60,472 bases of DNA, taken from an uncultured Planctomycetia bacterium. GTDB taxonomy: Bacteria; Omnitrophota; Gorgyraeia; CAYVEO01. The stretch covers positions 1 through 60,472 of the forward strand of contig CAYVEO010000007.1 of NCBI GenBank assembly GCA_964449965.1, in the 5' to 3' direction. Position numbers and translations under genes: made by a program. Under the pieces are notes generated by a model. It did not search any database. It saw only the letters and a list, made by a program, of their open reading frames with translations, and was not told the origin of the DNA. This document shows, one piece after another, positions 16,529-25,991 of the stretch. Every line of letters begins with the position of its first letter. Position 1 is the stretch's first letter.

Positions 16529-17870
16529 AAAAGTTCCCTGCAGCCTCCATAATCCCCTCTGATAAGGTTGGATGAGCATGAATAGTCTCTTCCAACTCCT
16601 CCATCGTTGATTCCAATTTCATCGCCACTGCCACCTCTGCTATCAAATCCGTAGCATGAGGGCCGAGTATTTGTCCACCCAGAATCTGGTTAGTCTTAAC
16701 ATCCCCGATTAACTTTACAAACCCTTCTGTCTCACCCATTGCATGCGCCTTGCCAAGTGCCATAAATGGAAATCTGCCAACCTTCACCTCGTATCCCTTC
16801 TGGCGTGCAGCGTCTTCAGTATATCCTACACTCCCTATCTCAGGGTCAGTAAATATACAGTTAGGCACGACAGTATAGTCTATCTTCTTGTTTGCCCCTA
16901 AGGCATTCTCCGCTGCCACTATCCCTTCATGTGATGCCACGTGTGCAAGGAGCAGTCCGCCAATAACGTCCCCTGCTGCATAAATATTGGGAATGCTTGT
17001 CCTTAAATATTCATCTACCTGCAGCCGGCCCCTCTCTATCTTGACGCCCAATTCCTCTAACCCTAATCGGCTTGAGTTGAGTGACCTGCCCACTGATACG
17101 AGCGCCCTCTCTTTCTGCATGGTACTGCCATTGGATAGACTCGCAAGGATACCTTCTGTATTTTTCTCAATCTTTTCTATCCTGGTATCGGTCATGATTT
17201 CAACGCCTTTTTTCTTAATGATGAGCGCCATTCTCTTACCTAACTCCTTATCCTCAGTAGGCAATATATTAGGCATCATCTCTACTATGCTCACCTTTGT
17301 CCCTAACTCAGCGTATATACATGCAAATTCACATCCTATCACGCCCCCGCCAATAATGAGTAGACTTTTAGGTATCTCTTTTAATCCCAGGATATCTGTG
17401 CTTGAAAGGATTTTTTCACCGTCAAATTTAAATTGCGGCAATTCAAGCGGCTCTGAACCTGTTGCTATAATCACGTTCTTTGCCTCTATCTCTTCACTGC
17501 CTGCCATGACCCGGTTAGGCTGAACTACTTTTCCTTCTCCATTCTTCAGGTCTATTTTTTTGGCTTTGAAGAGTCCCCCTATACCCTGGCGGAGTTTAAG
17601 GACAATTTCATCTTTCCTTGAGATAACCTTAGGGAAGTTGACCTGGTACCCTTGAACGTCTATACCAAAAGAGGAAGACGATTTTATCAAAGATAATAAC
17701 TTCATACTGGTAATTATTGCCTTTGAAGGGATACAACCCCTATTTAGACACGTCCCGCCCAAATGCCCCTTTTCTATAACGCATACCTTCCCGCCAAGCT
17801 GCGCCGCACGGATAGCGGCTACATATCCTCCAGGTCCTCCTCCAATGACAACCACATCATATTTATCCAT
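16503..17870 (-). CDS. lpdA: Dihydrolipoyl dehydrogenase (E3)
   Basis: 455 aa. GGGPGGY FAD motif, redox-active GGTCLNRGCIPSK and C-terminal HAHPTLSE. Confidence 0.92.
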   Translation of the reverse strand: MDKYDVVVIGGGPGGYVAAIRAAQLGGKVCVIEKGHLGGTCLNRGCIPSKAIITSMKLLSLIKSSSSFGIDVQGYQVNFPKVISRKDEIVLKLRQGIGGLFKAKKIDLKNGEGKVVQPNRVMAGSEEIEAKNVIIATGSEPLELPQFKFDGEKILSSTDILGLKEIPKSLLIIGGGVIGCEFACIYAELGTKVSIVEMMPNILPTEDKELGKRMALIIKKKGVEIMTDTRIEKIEKNTEGILASLSNGSTMQKERALVSVGRSLNSSRLGLEELGVKIERGRLQVDEYLRTSIPNIYAAGDVIGGLLLAHVASHEGIVAAENALGANKKIDYTVVPNCIFTDPEIGSVGYTEDAARQKGYEVKVGRFPFMALGKAHAMGETEGFVKLIGDVKTNQILGGQILGPHATDLIAEVAVAMKLESTMEELEETIHAHPTLSEGIMEAAGNFYGRAIHVP

Positions 17871-17881
17871 TATATCTCCTC

Positions 17882-19558
17882 TTACATCTCCTCTGGTGCA
17901 GACACACCTAATAACCTTAATCCATTACCCAATACTATCTGGACACACTCCACCAATGCCAACCTGGCACTACTGAGACGCAAATCATCAGACACCACCC
18001 TGTGCTTATTGTAGAAACCATGGAATGCCCCTGCCAATTCCTGTAAATACAACGTAATCCTGTAAGGTTCCATTTCATGGACGCATATTGCGATAATCTC
18101 GGGGAATTTCCTTAATATCTTGATGAGCTCAATCTCTTCCGGGGTATTAAGCAGGGATAAATCTACGCCGGTTCTCTTCCCCTTGACTTTCTTTTCCTCC
18201 TCAAACTTCAATATGCTTGATATCCTGGCGTATGCATATTGAATATAATATACAGGGTTGTCCATGGACTCCTTCTTTGCCAATTCTAAGTCAAAATCCA
18301 GATGACTATCCCGCTTCCGCATGAGGAAGAAGAAACGGGTTGCATCTGGACCTACTTCTTCCATGACCTCCTTAAGCGTGATAAATTCCCCTGCCCTTGT
18401 GGACATAGGGACAGGTTTACCGTCCCTGTAGAGCGTTGCTAATTGTATGATAAGGACGGAAAGCGTATCCTTTGTATATCCCAGTGCCTGGATAGATGCC
18501 TTTAATCTCGGTATATAGCCATGGTGGTCAGGACCCCATATATCTATCAGTCTGTCAAATCCCCTCTTTAATTTTTCTTTGTGGTATGCAATATCAGGGG
18601 CTATATAAGTGAATTCACCGTTACTCTTAACAACAACCCTGTCTTTATCATCCCCGAAGGCTGTGGACTTAAACCATAATGCCCCATCCTTCTCATATAT
18701 AAATTGCCGTTCTTTTAATACATTGAGCGTCCTTTCTATTTCACCCGTAGAGGCAAATTTTTTCTGGCTAAACCAGCTGTCAAACCGGACGCCAAAATCC
18801 TTCAAATCCTTTTTTATCATGTTTAATATGCACCTTGTAGCATAAGCAGAAAAAAAACTTAAGGATTTATCTTTTGCCTTACTGCCAAATTTTGCGATAA
18901 CCTCACGGGCAATGTCAAGGACATAACTCCCCTTATATCCATCTTCAGGAAATTCTACGGCCTCACCCAACAGTTCCAATACCCGTGCCTTAAGTGATTC
19001 ACCCAAAAGCCTTATCTGGTTGCCATCATCGTTGATATAGTATTCCTTTACTACAGTGTCCCCGGCAAACTTCAGGATATTTGTCAGGGAATCCCCTACT
19101 GCCGCCTGCCGCCCATGTGCTACACTCAAAGACCCTGTAGGGTTCGCACTGACAAACTCAATGTGAATTTTCCCGCCTGATTGCAAAGGTCCCGCAGCAG
19201 GTTTCCCAAACCCGGATTTTTTCTTTCTAATCTCTGCCAGGACATCGTACAGCGAATCAGAACTTAAGAAAAAATTTATAAATCCGGGTCCTTTTACTTC
19301 TATCTTTGCTATATTCCTGTCTAAAGAGGCATCCTTTAATCCCTCTTTCATAAACTCTGCGAGTTTAGCGGCTATCTCCTGGGGAGATAATTTCAATCTG
19401 GAAGCTAACTGCATGGCAATATTCGTTGCCAGGTCCCCATGCTGTTTTTCTTTCGGGAGTTCTAAATGGATGGCAGGAATTTCTTCCTCTGTAATAGAAT
19501 TGTTAATATTCCGGACGGCATCCTTTATAAGGTTTCTAATCTTATCCTCTAATTTCAT
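17882..19558 (-). CDS. argS: Arginine--tRNA ligase
   Basis: 558 aa. Class I HIGH-type region SANPTGSLSVAHGR, a DALR-type anticodon-binding C-terminus and the terminal Met typical of ArgRS. Confidence 0.93.
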   Translation of the reverse strand: MKLEDKIRNLIKDAVRNINNSITEEEIPAIHLELPKEKQHGDLATNIAMQLASRLKLSPQEIAAKLAEFMKEGLKDASLDRNIAKIEVKGPGFINFFLSSDSLYDVLAEIRKKKSGFGKPAAGPLQSGGKIHIEFVSANPTGSLSVAHGRQAAVGDSLTNILKFAGDTVVKEYYINDDGNQIRLLGESLKARVLELLGEAVEFPEDGYKGSYVLDIAREVIAKFGSKAKDKSLSFFSAYATRCILNMIKKDLKDFGVRFDSWFSQKKFASTGEIERTLNVLKERQFIYEKDGALWFKSTAFGDDKDRVVVKSNGEFTYIAPDIAYHKEKLKRGFDRLIDIWGPDHHGYIPRLKASIQALGYTKDTLSVLIIQLATLYRDGKPVPMSTRAGEFITLKEVMEEVGPDATRFFFLMRKRDSHLDFDLELAKKESMDNPVYYIQYAYARISSILKFEEEKKVKGKRTGVDLSLLNTPEEIELIKILRKFPEIIAICVHEMEPYRITLYLQELAGAFHGFYNKHRVVSDDLRLSSARLALVECVQIVLGNGLRLLGVSAPEEM

Positions 19559-20726
19559 TTTTATTCAATACCTTCAAAAACATCTTGACAACTTTAGGGT
19601 CAAACTGCGTGCCGGAGCATCTCTTTAATTCATTCGCTGCCTCTTCACCTGAGAAGGCCTTCTTATAAGGCCTGTCTGATACCATTGCTTCATACGCATC
19701 TATGACTGTAAGGATACGTGCTGCCAATGGTATCTTGCCCAACTTCTTGTGGGGTTGAGGATAACCGCCGCCATTGTATCGTGCATGGTGGTAAAGAATA
19801 ATCGGGACAAGTTCTTTTAAAAATCCTGTCTTCTCTATGATGTCTGCCCCGACCTCAGAGTGGCGTGACATCTTATCCCATTCTTCATCAGTGAGTCTGC
19901 CGGGCTTTCGCAGGATATTCCGGTCTACCACTATCTTACCTATATCATGGAGAAAACTCGCATACTGAAGTTTCTCTCTATTATCCTCGGATAGATTCAA
20001 CTCATCTGCCATATCCATGGCATATTTCATGACCCTCTCGGAATGGTCATGGGTATAACTATCCCTCGCATCTATTACATTTGCCAGGACCTTCAGCGTA
20101 TTCACGAAATTGGCGCGCGTCTCTTCAAACAGCCTCGCATTCTCAATGGATATCGCTGCCTGGCTTGCAAACATGGATAACAATTTAGCGTCCTCCCAAT
20201 CATAAACGCTTTTCTTAGGACTATACGTACTCAAGACGCCTACAGTCTTCTTTTTGAGCATGAGAGGAACCGTAATCAAAGACCTGATGTTTTCTTTTTC
20301 TGCAAATTGAGGATAATAGTAGCGCGGGTCTGTCAGGACGTCCTGGACAATATAGGGCTGTCCTTCTTTTACTACCCTGCCTGCTATGCTCTTTCCAACC
20401 GCTATGTCGCCTTTTAATATGGAATTTTCACGTAATCCATAAGATGCCCTCAGGACAAGTTTCCTCTTGCCTTTATCCAATAACCGTAAGGTGCACACCT
20501 TTGCCCTCATGATATGAGCTGCCTTTTCCGTAATAAGGTTCAAAACCTCATCTAAATGGAGGGTAGTAGTAATAGACCTCGACACCTCATATAAGGCGGA
20601 AATTTCCTTCAGCCTTTGCTTCAGTTTCTGGTCAGTCTGCCTGTATAACCTGACAAAGTGCGCTAATTGTGAGAGCTTTTCTTTCAAAGCCCCGTAAGAT
20701 TTATTACCCCTGGGTTTGATATTCAT
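19542..20726 (-). CDS. GAF-domain / HD-GYP-domain signalling protein (putative c-di-GMP phosphodiesterase)
   Basis: 394 aa. HDHSERV, HDIGK and HHARYNGGGYP motifs follow an N-terminal GAF-like region. Confidence 0.85.
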   Translation of the reverse strand: MNIKPRGNKSYGALKEKLSQLAHFVRLYRQTDQKLKQRLKEISALYEVSRSITTTLHLDEVLNLITEKAAHIMRAKVCTLRLLDKGKRKLVLRASYGLRENSILKGDIAVGKSIAGRVVKEGQPYIVQDVLTDPRYYYPQFAEKENIRSLITVPLMLKKKTVGVLSTYSPKKSVYDWEDAKLLSMFASQAAISIENARLFEETRANFVNTLKVLANVIDARDSYTHDHSERVMKYAMDMADELNLSEDNREKLQYASFLHDIGKIVVDRNILRKPGRLTDEEWDKMSRHSEVGADIIEKTGFLKELVPIILYHHARYNGGGYPQPHKKLGKIPLAARILTVIDAYEAMVSDRPYKKAFSGEEAANELKRCSGTQFDPKVVKMFLKVLNKNEIRG

Positions 20727-20750
20727 CTTTTTCCTAATTAATTAAGCCAC

Positions 20751-21104
20751 CTACAATTTTTCTATAGGTGCATCTCCCCATAATCGTTCAAGGTCATAGA
20801 ATCTCCTCGTTTCTTCCTCAAATACATGGACTACTACATCCCCGTAATCTAATAATGCCCATGTAGATTCTTCATAGCCTTCAACGTGCCATACCTTAAT
20901 CTTTATATCTCTCAATTTATCTATTATACCATCAGCGATAGCCTTAACCCTTCTATTGGAACTACCGCTGCATATAACAAAAAAATCCGTGATGCCGCTC
21001 AATCCCCTTAAGTCCATTATTATTATGTCATCCGCCTTTTTATCACTGGCAGAATCAGCTATAATACGTGCCTTCTCTTTAGAATCTATACCCATCACCT
21101 CCAA
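20751..21104 (-). CDS. rsfS: Ribosome silencing factor
   Basis: 117 aa. KKADDIIIMDL..ITDFFVICSG..W.LLDYGDVVVHVF pattern. Confidence 0.85.
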   Translation of the reverse strand: MEVMGIDSKEKARIIADSASDKKADDIIIMDLRGLSGITDFFVICSGSSNRRVKAIADGIIDKLRDIKIKVWHVEGYEESTWALLDYGDVVVHVFEEETRRFYDLERLWGDAPIEKL

Positions 21105-21124
21105 AACTTTTTAGCCATTCCCTC

Positions 21125-21268
21125 TTACTCTTTTTTCATAATCTTGAACAGGGCTGTCCCGCAGTCAGGACATTTACCTTTCGTTGCCTGCCTGCCATTC
21201 TTCATCGTAACCTTTTCCATATCCTTCATCTCCTTTTTAGCCCTGCACTTCATGCAATATGCTTCCAT
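21125..21268 (-). CDS. Small zinc-ribbon protein (DUF5679-like), 47 aa
   Basis: Not in the supplied ORF track because it is under 60 aa. My translation is MEAYCMKCRAKKEMKDMEKVTMKNGRQATKGKCPDCGTALFKIMKKE. CxxC...CxxC fills the rsfS-corA gap. Confidence 0.55.
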   Translation of the reverse strand: MEAYCMKCRAKKEMKDMEKVTMKNGRQATKGKCPDCGTALFKIMKKE

Positions 21269-21288
21269 AATTCCCCCTCCTATTTAAA

Positions 21289-22290
21289 CTATAGCCACTT
21301 ACGTCTTTTGAAAAATACTACCATAAATACAGTAGTCAATACCATAACGAGCAATACGAGAAGATACCCATATCTAAATCCAAGTTCCGGCATGTATTTG
21401 AAATTCATACCATATATACTCGCTATTATTATGCTGGGAGTAGCAATTGTAGCGAGGATAGTGAGTGTCTTTATAATCTCATTTAGTTTATTTGATGAAA
21501 CTATCATATATATCTCTACTGCAGATGTTGTAATTTCACGGCAGACATCCAGAAGGTCACTCAAACGCACCATATGGTCATAGACGTCACGGAAATACAC
21601 CTGGTTCTGCGGCCTTATAAACGGGCTTTCGTTGCGTATCAATAGATTAATCGCATCCCGCTCCGGCCCTATAATCCTTCTTAGAAACATCGTATCCATT
21701 TTTAAATCATATAACTTTTTAAGGGTATTCTTGGAAGGCTCAGTCAAGATTTCCTCTTCCATCTTATCTATCTTGTTGTCAAGCTCGTCTACCACAGGAA
21801 AATAATTATCCACAAGCCCATCAGCCATGTGATACAATAGAAAATCAGGTCCCCTTGACATAATAGGAGATTTCTTCTCAGCCTTGTCACGAGTGGCATT
21901 TATAACCCTTACAGGCTCTGTATGAAATGTTATCAGGTAATTCTTACCCAGGCATATATCAAGTTCTACTATACCTATCCTCTTGCCATTTGCTGATAAT
22001 GTCATATCGCCTGCATCAGGCTGGACGATAGAACCAATGGTGTGCAGGACAAGAAACGTATAGTTATCAAACTGCTCTATCTTAGGACGGGTATTCGGCA
22101 TTATACAGTCTTCTACTGTCATTGCATGTAAGCCAAATACCTCTAATAAGACCTCTATATCATTATCATCAGGGTCTTCTACATCTATCCAGATAAGGTT
22201 TTCCTCATCTGTCAAAACCCCTTTTATGGTATCCCTGTTCACGTCTATAATCAGGCTGCCATCTTTCTTGCGGCAATAAGATTTTAACAT
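21289..22290 (-). CDS. corA: Magnesium/cobalt transporter CorA
   Basis: 333 aa. YGMNF signature followed by the second TM helix at the C-terminus. Confidence 0.9.
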   Translation of the reverse strand: MLKSYCRKKDGSLIIDVNRDTIKGVLTDEENLIWIDVEDPDDNDIEVLLEVFGLHAMTVEDCIMPNTRPKIEQFDNYTFLVLHTIGSIVQPDAGDMTLSANGKRIGIVELDICLGKNYLITFHTEPVRVINATRDKAEKKSPIMSRGPDFLLYHMADGLVDNYFPVVDELDNKIDKMEEEILTEPSKNTLKKLYDLKMDTMFLRRIIGPERDAINLLIRNESPFIRPQNQVYFRDVYDHMVRLSDLLDVCREITTSAVEIYMIVSSNKLNEIIKTLTILATIATPSIIIASIYGMNFKYMPELGFRYGYLLVLLVMVLTTVFMVVFFKRRKWL

Positions 22291-22859
22291 GTCCTGTACA
22301 GCCTCTTTTCCTCAATATATCCCAATACGCCATCCGGTACCAGATAGCGTATTGACCTGGATTTCCTAATCCGTTCCCGTATCAGGCTTGACGAAATCCC
22401 TATAGGTGTAATCTGGATAACCTGCGCCTCTTCAGGCACTCCTTCTAAAGGATAACCTTCCCGTTCTGCCACTACAAATTTAACGAGTTCAAATATGCCC
22501 TTCAAATCCTTCCATGTAGAAATTTCCTTAAGAGAGTCTGAACCGGTAATAAAGAAAAGCCCTGCCTCTTTGCCATATACTACCCTGAACTCTTTCATGC
22601 TCTCTACAGAATATGACCTGCCAGGCCTTTCTATCTCCAATCTTGATACCTCAAAGAGTGGATTCCCCTGGATAGCAAAGAGCAGCATGTTGTATCTGTC
22701 CTCTGCATTTATTACCGAGGTCCCGCTCTTATGAGGCGGGATATTGGATGGCACAAAAACTACCTTATCTAACCCCAATTTTTCAGCAGATTCCTGGGCA
22801 AGTATCAGGTGGCCTACATGGACAGGATTAAAAGTCCCCCCTAATATTCCTATCTTCAT
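22284..22859 (-). CDS. nadD: Nicotinate-nucleotide adenylyltransferase
   Basis: 191 aa. GGTFNPVHVGH motif and ISSSLIR motif. Confidence 0.9.
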   Translation of the reverse strand: MKIGILGGTFNPVHVGHLILAQESAEKLGLDKVVFVPSNIPPHKSGTSVINAEDRYNMLLFAIQGNPLFEVSRLEIERPGRSYSVESMKEFRVVYGKEAGLFFITGSDSLKEISTWKDLKGIFELVKFVVAEREGYPLEGVPEEAQVIQITPIGISSSLIRERIRKSRSIRYLVPDGVLGYIEEKRLYRTC

Positions 22860-24121
22860 TCCCTTATCTGCCCATTCCCGAATATTATGTATTTATAGGA
22901 GGTAAGTTCTTCTAATCCCATTGGACCACGGGCATGAAATTTGTCAGTACTTATCCCTATCTCTGCGCCCATGCCAAATTCAAAACCATCTGTAAATCGC
23001 GTGGATGCGTTTACATAAACACATGCCGAATCTACCTCGTTTAAAAACTTCATGGCACGTTCGTAGTTGTCAGTAACTATCGCATCCGAATGCATGGAGC
23101 CATACACCGTAATATGCCTTATTGCCTCATCTATATCCTCTACAACCCTTATAGAAAGTATGAGGTCAAGGTACTCTGTCCGCCAATCCTCCTCAGTTGC
23201 CTCTTTTATGTCTTTTACTATATTTCGTGTCCGAGGACATCCCCTGATTTCAACGCCTGCATCCTTGAATTTCTTAACCATGGAAGGCAAAAATCTTATC
23301 GCGACGTCTTTATGCACCAACAATGTCTCCATCGCATTACACACACCAGGACGCTGGACCTTGGCATTAAATGCAATCTTTTCTGCCATATTCAAATCCG
23401 CATCTTCATCTACATAGGTGTGGCATACCCCCTTGTAATGCTTTATCACGGGTATCTTAGACTCAAGCATTACCTTCCTTATCAACTCCTCACCACCTCT
23501 CGGTATACATAAGTCAACATACTGATTCAATCCCAATAAGGTGCTAACCGCTTTCTTATCAGGCGTCTCCACCATGTTTATACCGTCTGAAGGAATACCT
23601 TCTGCCTTTGCAGCCTCGCTCAATACCTTATGGATTGCAATATTGGAATTCAATGCCTCACTCCCGCCCCTAAGAATCACGCTATTACCTGATTTAAGGC
23701 ATAGCCCTATTACATCAGACGTCACGTTTGGTCTGGATTCGTATATCATCAATATGCTGCCTATAGGCACCCTTACCCTGCCGACCTTAAGTCCATTGGG
23801 CCTCTTCCACATACCTAACACTTCACCTACAGGGTCCTTTAATTCAGAGATACTCATCAGAGAATCGCTCATTCCCTTTATGCGGGATGGATTGAGTTTG
23901 AGTCTGTCTATCATGGCATTGGAAAGGCGATTCTTTTCCCCTTCTTTTATATCCTTCTCGTTTGCTGAGAGTATAGACTCACTTGCCTCTATCAATGCCC
24001 GAGCCATCCCCTTCAATGCATTATCCTTGACCCTTGACAAAAGGTTGGCAAGGACCCTGGATGACTCCTTAGCCCTTTTTGCAATTTCAATTATATTATC
24101 CATATACAACCATATTATCAA
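22856..24121 (-). CDS. proA: Glutamate-5-semialdehyde dehydrogenase
   Basis: 421 aa. ProA pattern includes the catalytic Cys context VCNAMETLLVH. The likely true start is Met7 (24103). Confidence 0.9.
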   Translation of the reverse strand: MIIWLYMDNIIEIAKRAKESSRVLANLLSRVKDNALKGMARALIEASESILSANEKDIKEGEKNRLSNAMIDRLKLNPSRIKGMSDSLMSISELKDPVGEVLGMWKRPNGLKVGRVRVPIGSILMIYESRPNVTSDVIGLCLKSGNSVILRGGSEALNSNIAIHKVLSEAAKAEGIPSDGINMVETPDKKAVSTLLGLNQYVDLCIPRGGEELIRKVMLESKIPVIKHYKGVCHTYVDEDADLNMAEKIAFNAKVQRPGVCNAMETLLVHKDVAIRFLPSMVKKFKDAGVEIRGCPRTRNIVKDIKEATEEDWRTEYLDLILSIRVVEDIDEAIRHITVYGSMHSDAIVTDNYERAMKFLNEVDSACVYVNASTRFTDGFEFGMGAEIGISTDKFHARGPMGLEELTSYKYIIFGNGQIRE

Positions 24122-24950
24122 TCAACCTCGTCTTACCCGCCCACACTGCCAATGCTATCAACACTGTGCCGGAAATCCTTTTAACGTCTTTTAGATTTAA
24201 TGGGTCAACGACAGCCACATAGTCTATGCGGGTAGTTTTCTTCTCTCCTATCATATCCCTTATACGGGATATAACACGGGAACTTATAATCTCGCCAGAT
24301 TTTATCATATCACGTGCTTCTTGTAAAGAGGAAAATAAGATAACAGCATCCCGCCGTTCTTCTTTAGAGAGATAGACATTTCTTGAACTCATAGCAAGCC
24401 CATCCTTTTCCCTGACAATAGGCATAACCTTAATCTTAAGTCCCATGTTTAAGTCATGGACCATCTTCTGGATAATAATTGTCTGCTGGGCATCCTTCTG
24501 GCCAAAATAGGCTGTATCAGGCTGAACTATATTAAAGAGTTTTGCTACCACCGTAGTAACCCCTTTAAAATGTCCCGGGCGGGAAGCACCGCATAGGACA
24601 TTACTCAAGGTCTCTACCTCAACATACGTGGAATGCCCATCTGGATATACCTCTTTAACAGCAGGATAAAATAGGACGTCCGCACCTGCACTTTTTGCCA
24701 ATCTCTCATCCTTCTTAAAATCCCTGGGATATTTCTTATAATCCTCATGGGGTCCAAACTGGATAGGGTTCACAAATATACTTAGGACGACAAGGTCATT
24801 ATCTTTTCTTGCCATTCTCATAAGGCTTAAATGGCCTTCGTGCAGGGCACCCATAGTAGGGACAAATCCTATGGTCATGCCATCCTTTTTCGCCTTGCTT
24901 GAAAGGAGTTGCATCTCCTTGATTTTTCGTATAATCCTTATTCCTCCCAT
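24096..24950 (-). CDS. panC: Pantoate--beta-alanine ligase
   Basis: 284 aa. GFVPTMGALHEGHLSL motif. Confidence 0.92.
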   Translation of the reverse strand: MGGIRIIRKIKEMQLLSSKAKKDGMTIGFVPTMGALHEGHLSLMRMARKDNDLVVLSIFVNPIQFGPHEDYKKYPRDFKKDERLAKSAGADVLFYPAVKEVYPDGHSTYVEVETLSNVLCGASRPGHFKGVTTVVAKLFNIVQPDTAYFGQKDAQQTIIIQKMVHDLNMGLKIKVMPIVREKDGLAMSSRNVYLSKEERRDAVILFSSLQEARDMIKSGEIISSRVISRIRDMIGEKKTTRIDYVAVVDPLNLKDVKRISGTVLIALAVWAGKTRLIDNMVVYG

Positions 24951-25429
24951 ATCTTCAGTTCATACTCTCCTTTGTCATCCTTGAGAATGACCCTGTCTTT
25001 TTCAATCCTTATTATCCTCTTCCCTGCGAGCCTGTCCCCTTCAATAAATATCTCGTCATTAATAAGACAGTATACAGGTTTGTCATCCTTGAGCTGTATA
25101 CCGCTTAATTTGAGATTCCCTAACCCGGAGTCTTTAGTTCCATCCCCACCTGCCTTTATAGAACGGGCGAATGGGTCCCTTATCTGTCCCTGCGTAAGTA
25201 AACTTTCACCACTCAGTTTTTGAGGCGTTATACCAGACATAGTAAGGTCAGAGGGCGGGACATGCACAGTCAGCAGAGTTTTTTTTCCAAAAGGCAATAT
25301 GCCCCTGTTAAATGCCCATGCGAGGAACAGGACTATTAAAAATAAAAACAAGAATGCGAATACCCTTTCCTTCTTAGAAAACCTTTTAGTTATCAACTTC
25401 TGAAGAATATCCTCTAATTTATCGTACAT
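24938..25429 (-). CDS. PilP/GspB-like pilus assembly protein (membrane-anchored)
   Basis: 163 aa. One N-terminal TM helix, an RDPF motif, then a beta-rich LKLSGIQL..CLINDEIF.EGD..AGKRI.RIEKDRV.L pattern. It is the last gene of the pilus operon. Confidence 0.45.
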   Translation of the reverse strand: MYDKLEDILQKLITKRFSKKERVFAFLFLFLIVLFLAWAFNRGILPFGKKTLLTVHVPPSDLTMSGITPQKLSGESLLTQGQIRDPFARSIKAGGDGTKDSGLGNLKLSGIQLKDDKPVYCLINDEIFIEGDRLAGKRIIRIEKDRVILKDDKGEYELKIWEE

Positions 25430-25991
25430 ATACTATCAATTCCAGCCTCATGTCTAAATTCGGGAGGCCCCCTTTTGAAATCGTGACCTTAAAATTCTCT
25501 ATCTTGTGAGGAAGCGTCCTCAACTTATCCATAAATTTAAGTATGGATTCGTATCGGCATCGTGCATCAATTTTGATAGGTATGTCCTCATAAACGTCCT
25601 TCTTTTCAAACCCTGACTGGGAATCGAAATTTATTATTTTCACCTCTGACGCTTCAGCCATATCTACTATACGCGCCATAACCTCATGACGCATAGCCTT
25701 ATTCGGCAGTATTTCCTCCCTCTTGGTTACCTCTGATTCTCTCGTCTTAACGTGGACTTCAACCTTTTCCAGAACCTCGGCATAATCCTTTTCTCCGGGT
25801 GCGACGACATCCCTTATTACAAGAAATCTGGTCTCAGGTATAGTCACCTCTTCCTTTAATTTCTTTAACACCTTTGAGGTATCTACATAATAGTTGCGTA
25901 TAGCCACTATGGCAATCAGGGCTATGCCGGCAACTAAGAGCATTTTATCCCTCGTTTTTAACTTTGGTAGATTCATCCCATTATACCTCAA
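25419..25991 (-). CDS. PilO-like pilus assembly protein
   Basis: 190 aa. N-terminal TM helix, a coiled-coil segment and a C-terminal alpha/beta domain. Positioned after the PilM-PilN gene. Confidence 0.5.
   Translation of the reverse strand: MRYNGMNLPKLKTRDKMLLVAGIALIAIVAIRNYYVDTSKVLKKLKEEVTIPETRFLVIRDVVAPGEKDYAEVLEKVEVHVKTRESEVTKREEILPNKAMRHEVMARIVDMAEASEVKIINFDSQSGFEKKDVYEDIPIKIDARCRYESILKFMDKLRTLPHKIENFKVTISKGGLPNLDMRLELIVYVR

Noticed and set aside
16529-16579. The first ATG of the lipB-lipA ORF (535-aa version).
   Set aside because: It would overlap lpdA by 77 nt, and the extra residues MLIQPYQRGLWRLQGTF have no LipB counterpart. Met18 (16528) or a nearby alternative start is more plausible. 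The exact start remains uncertain.
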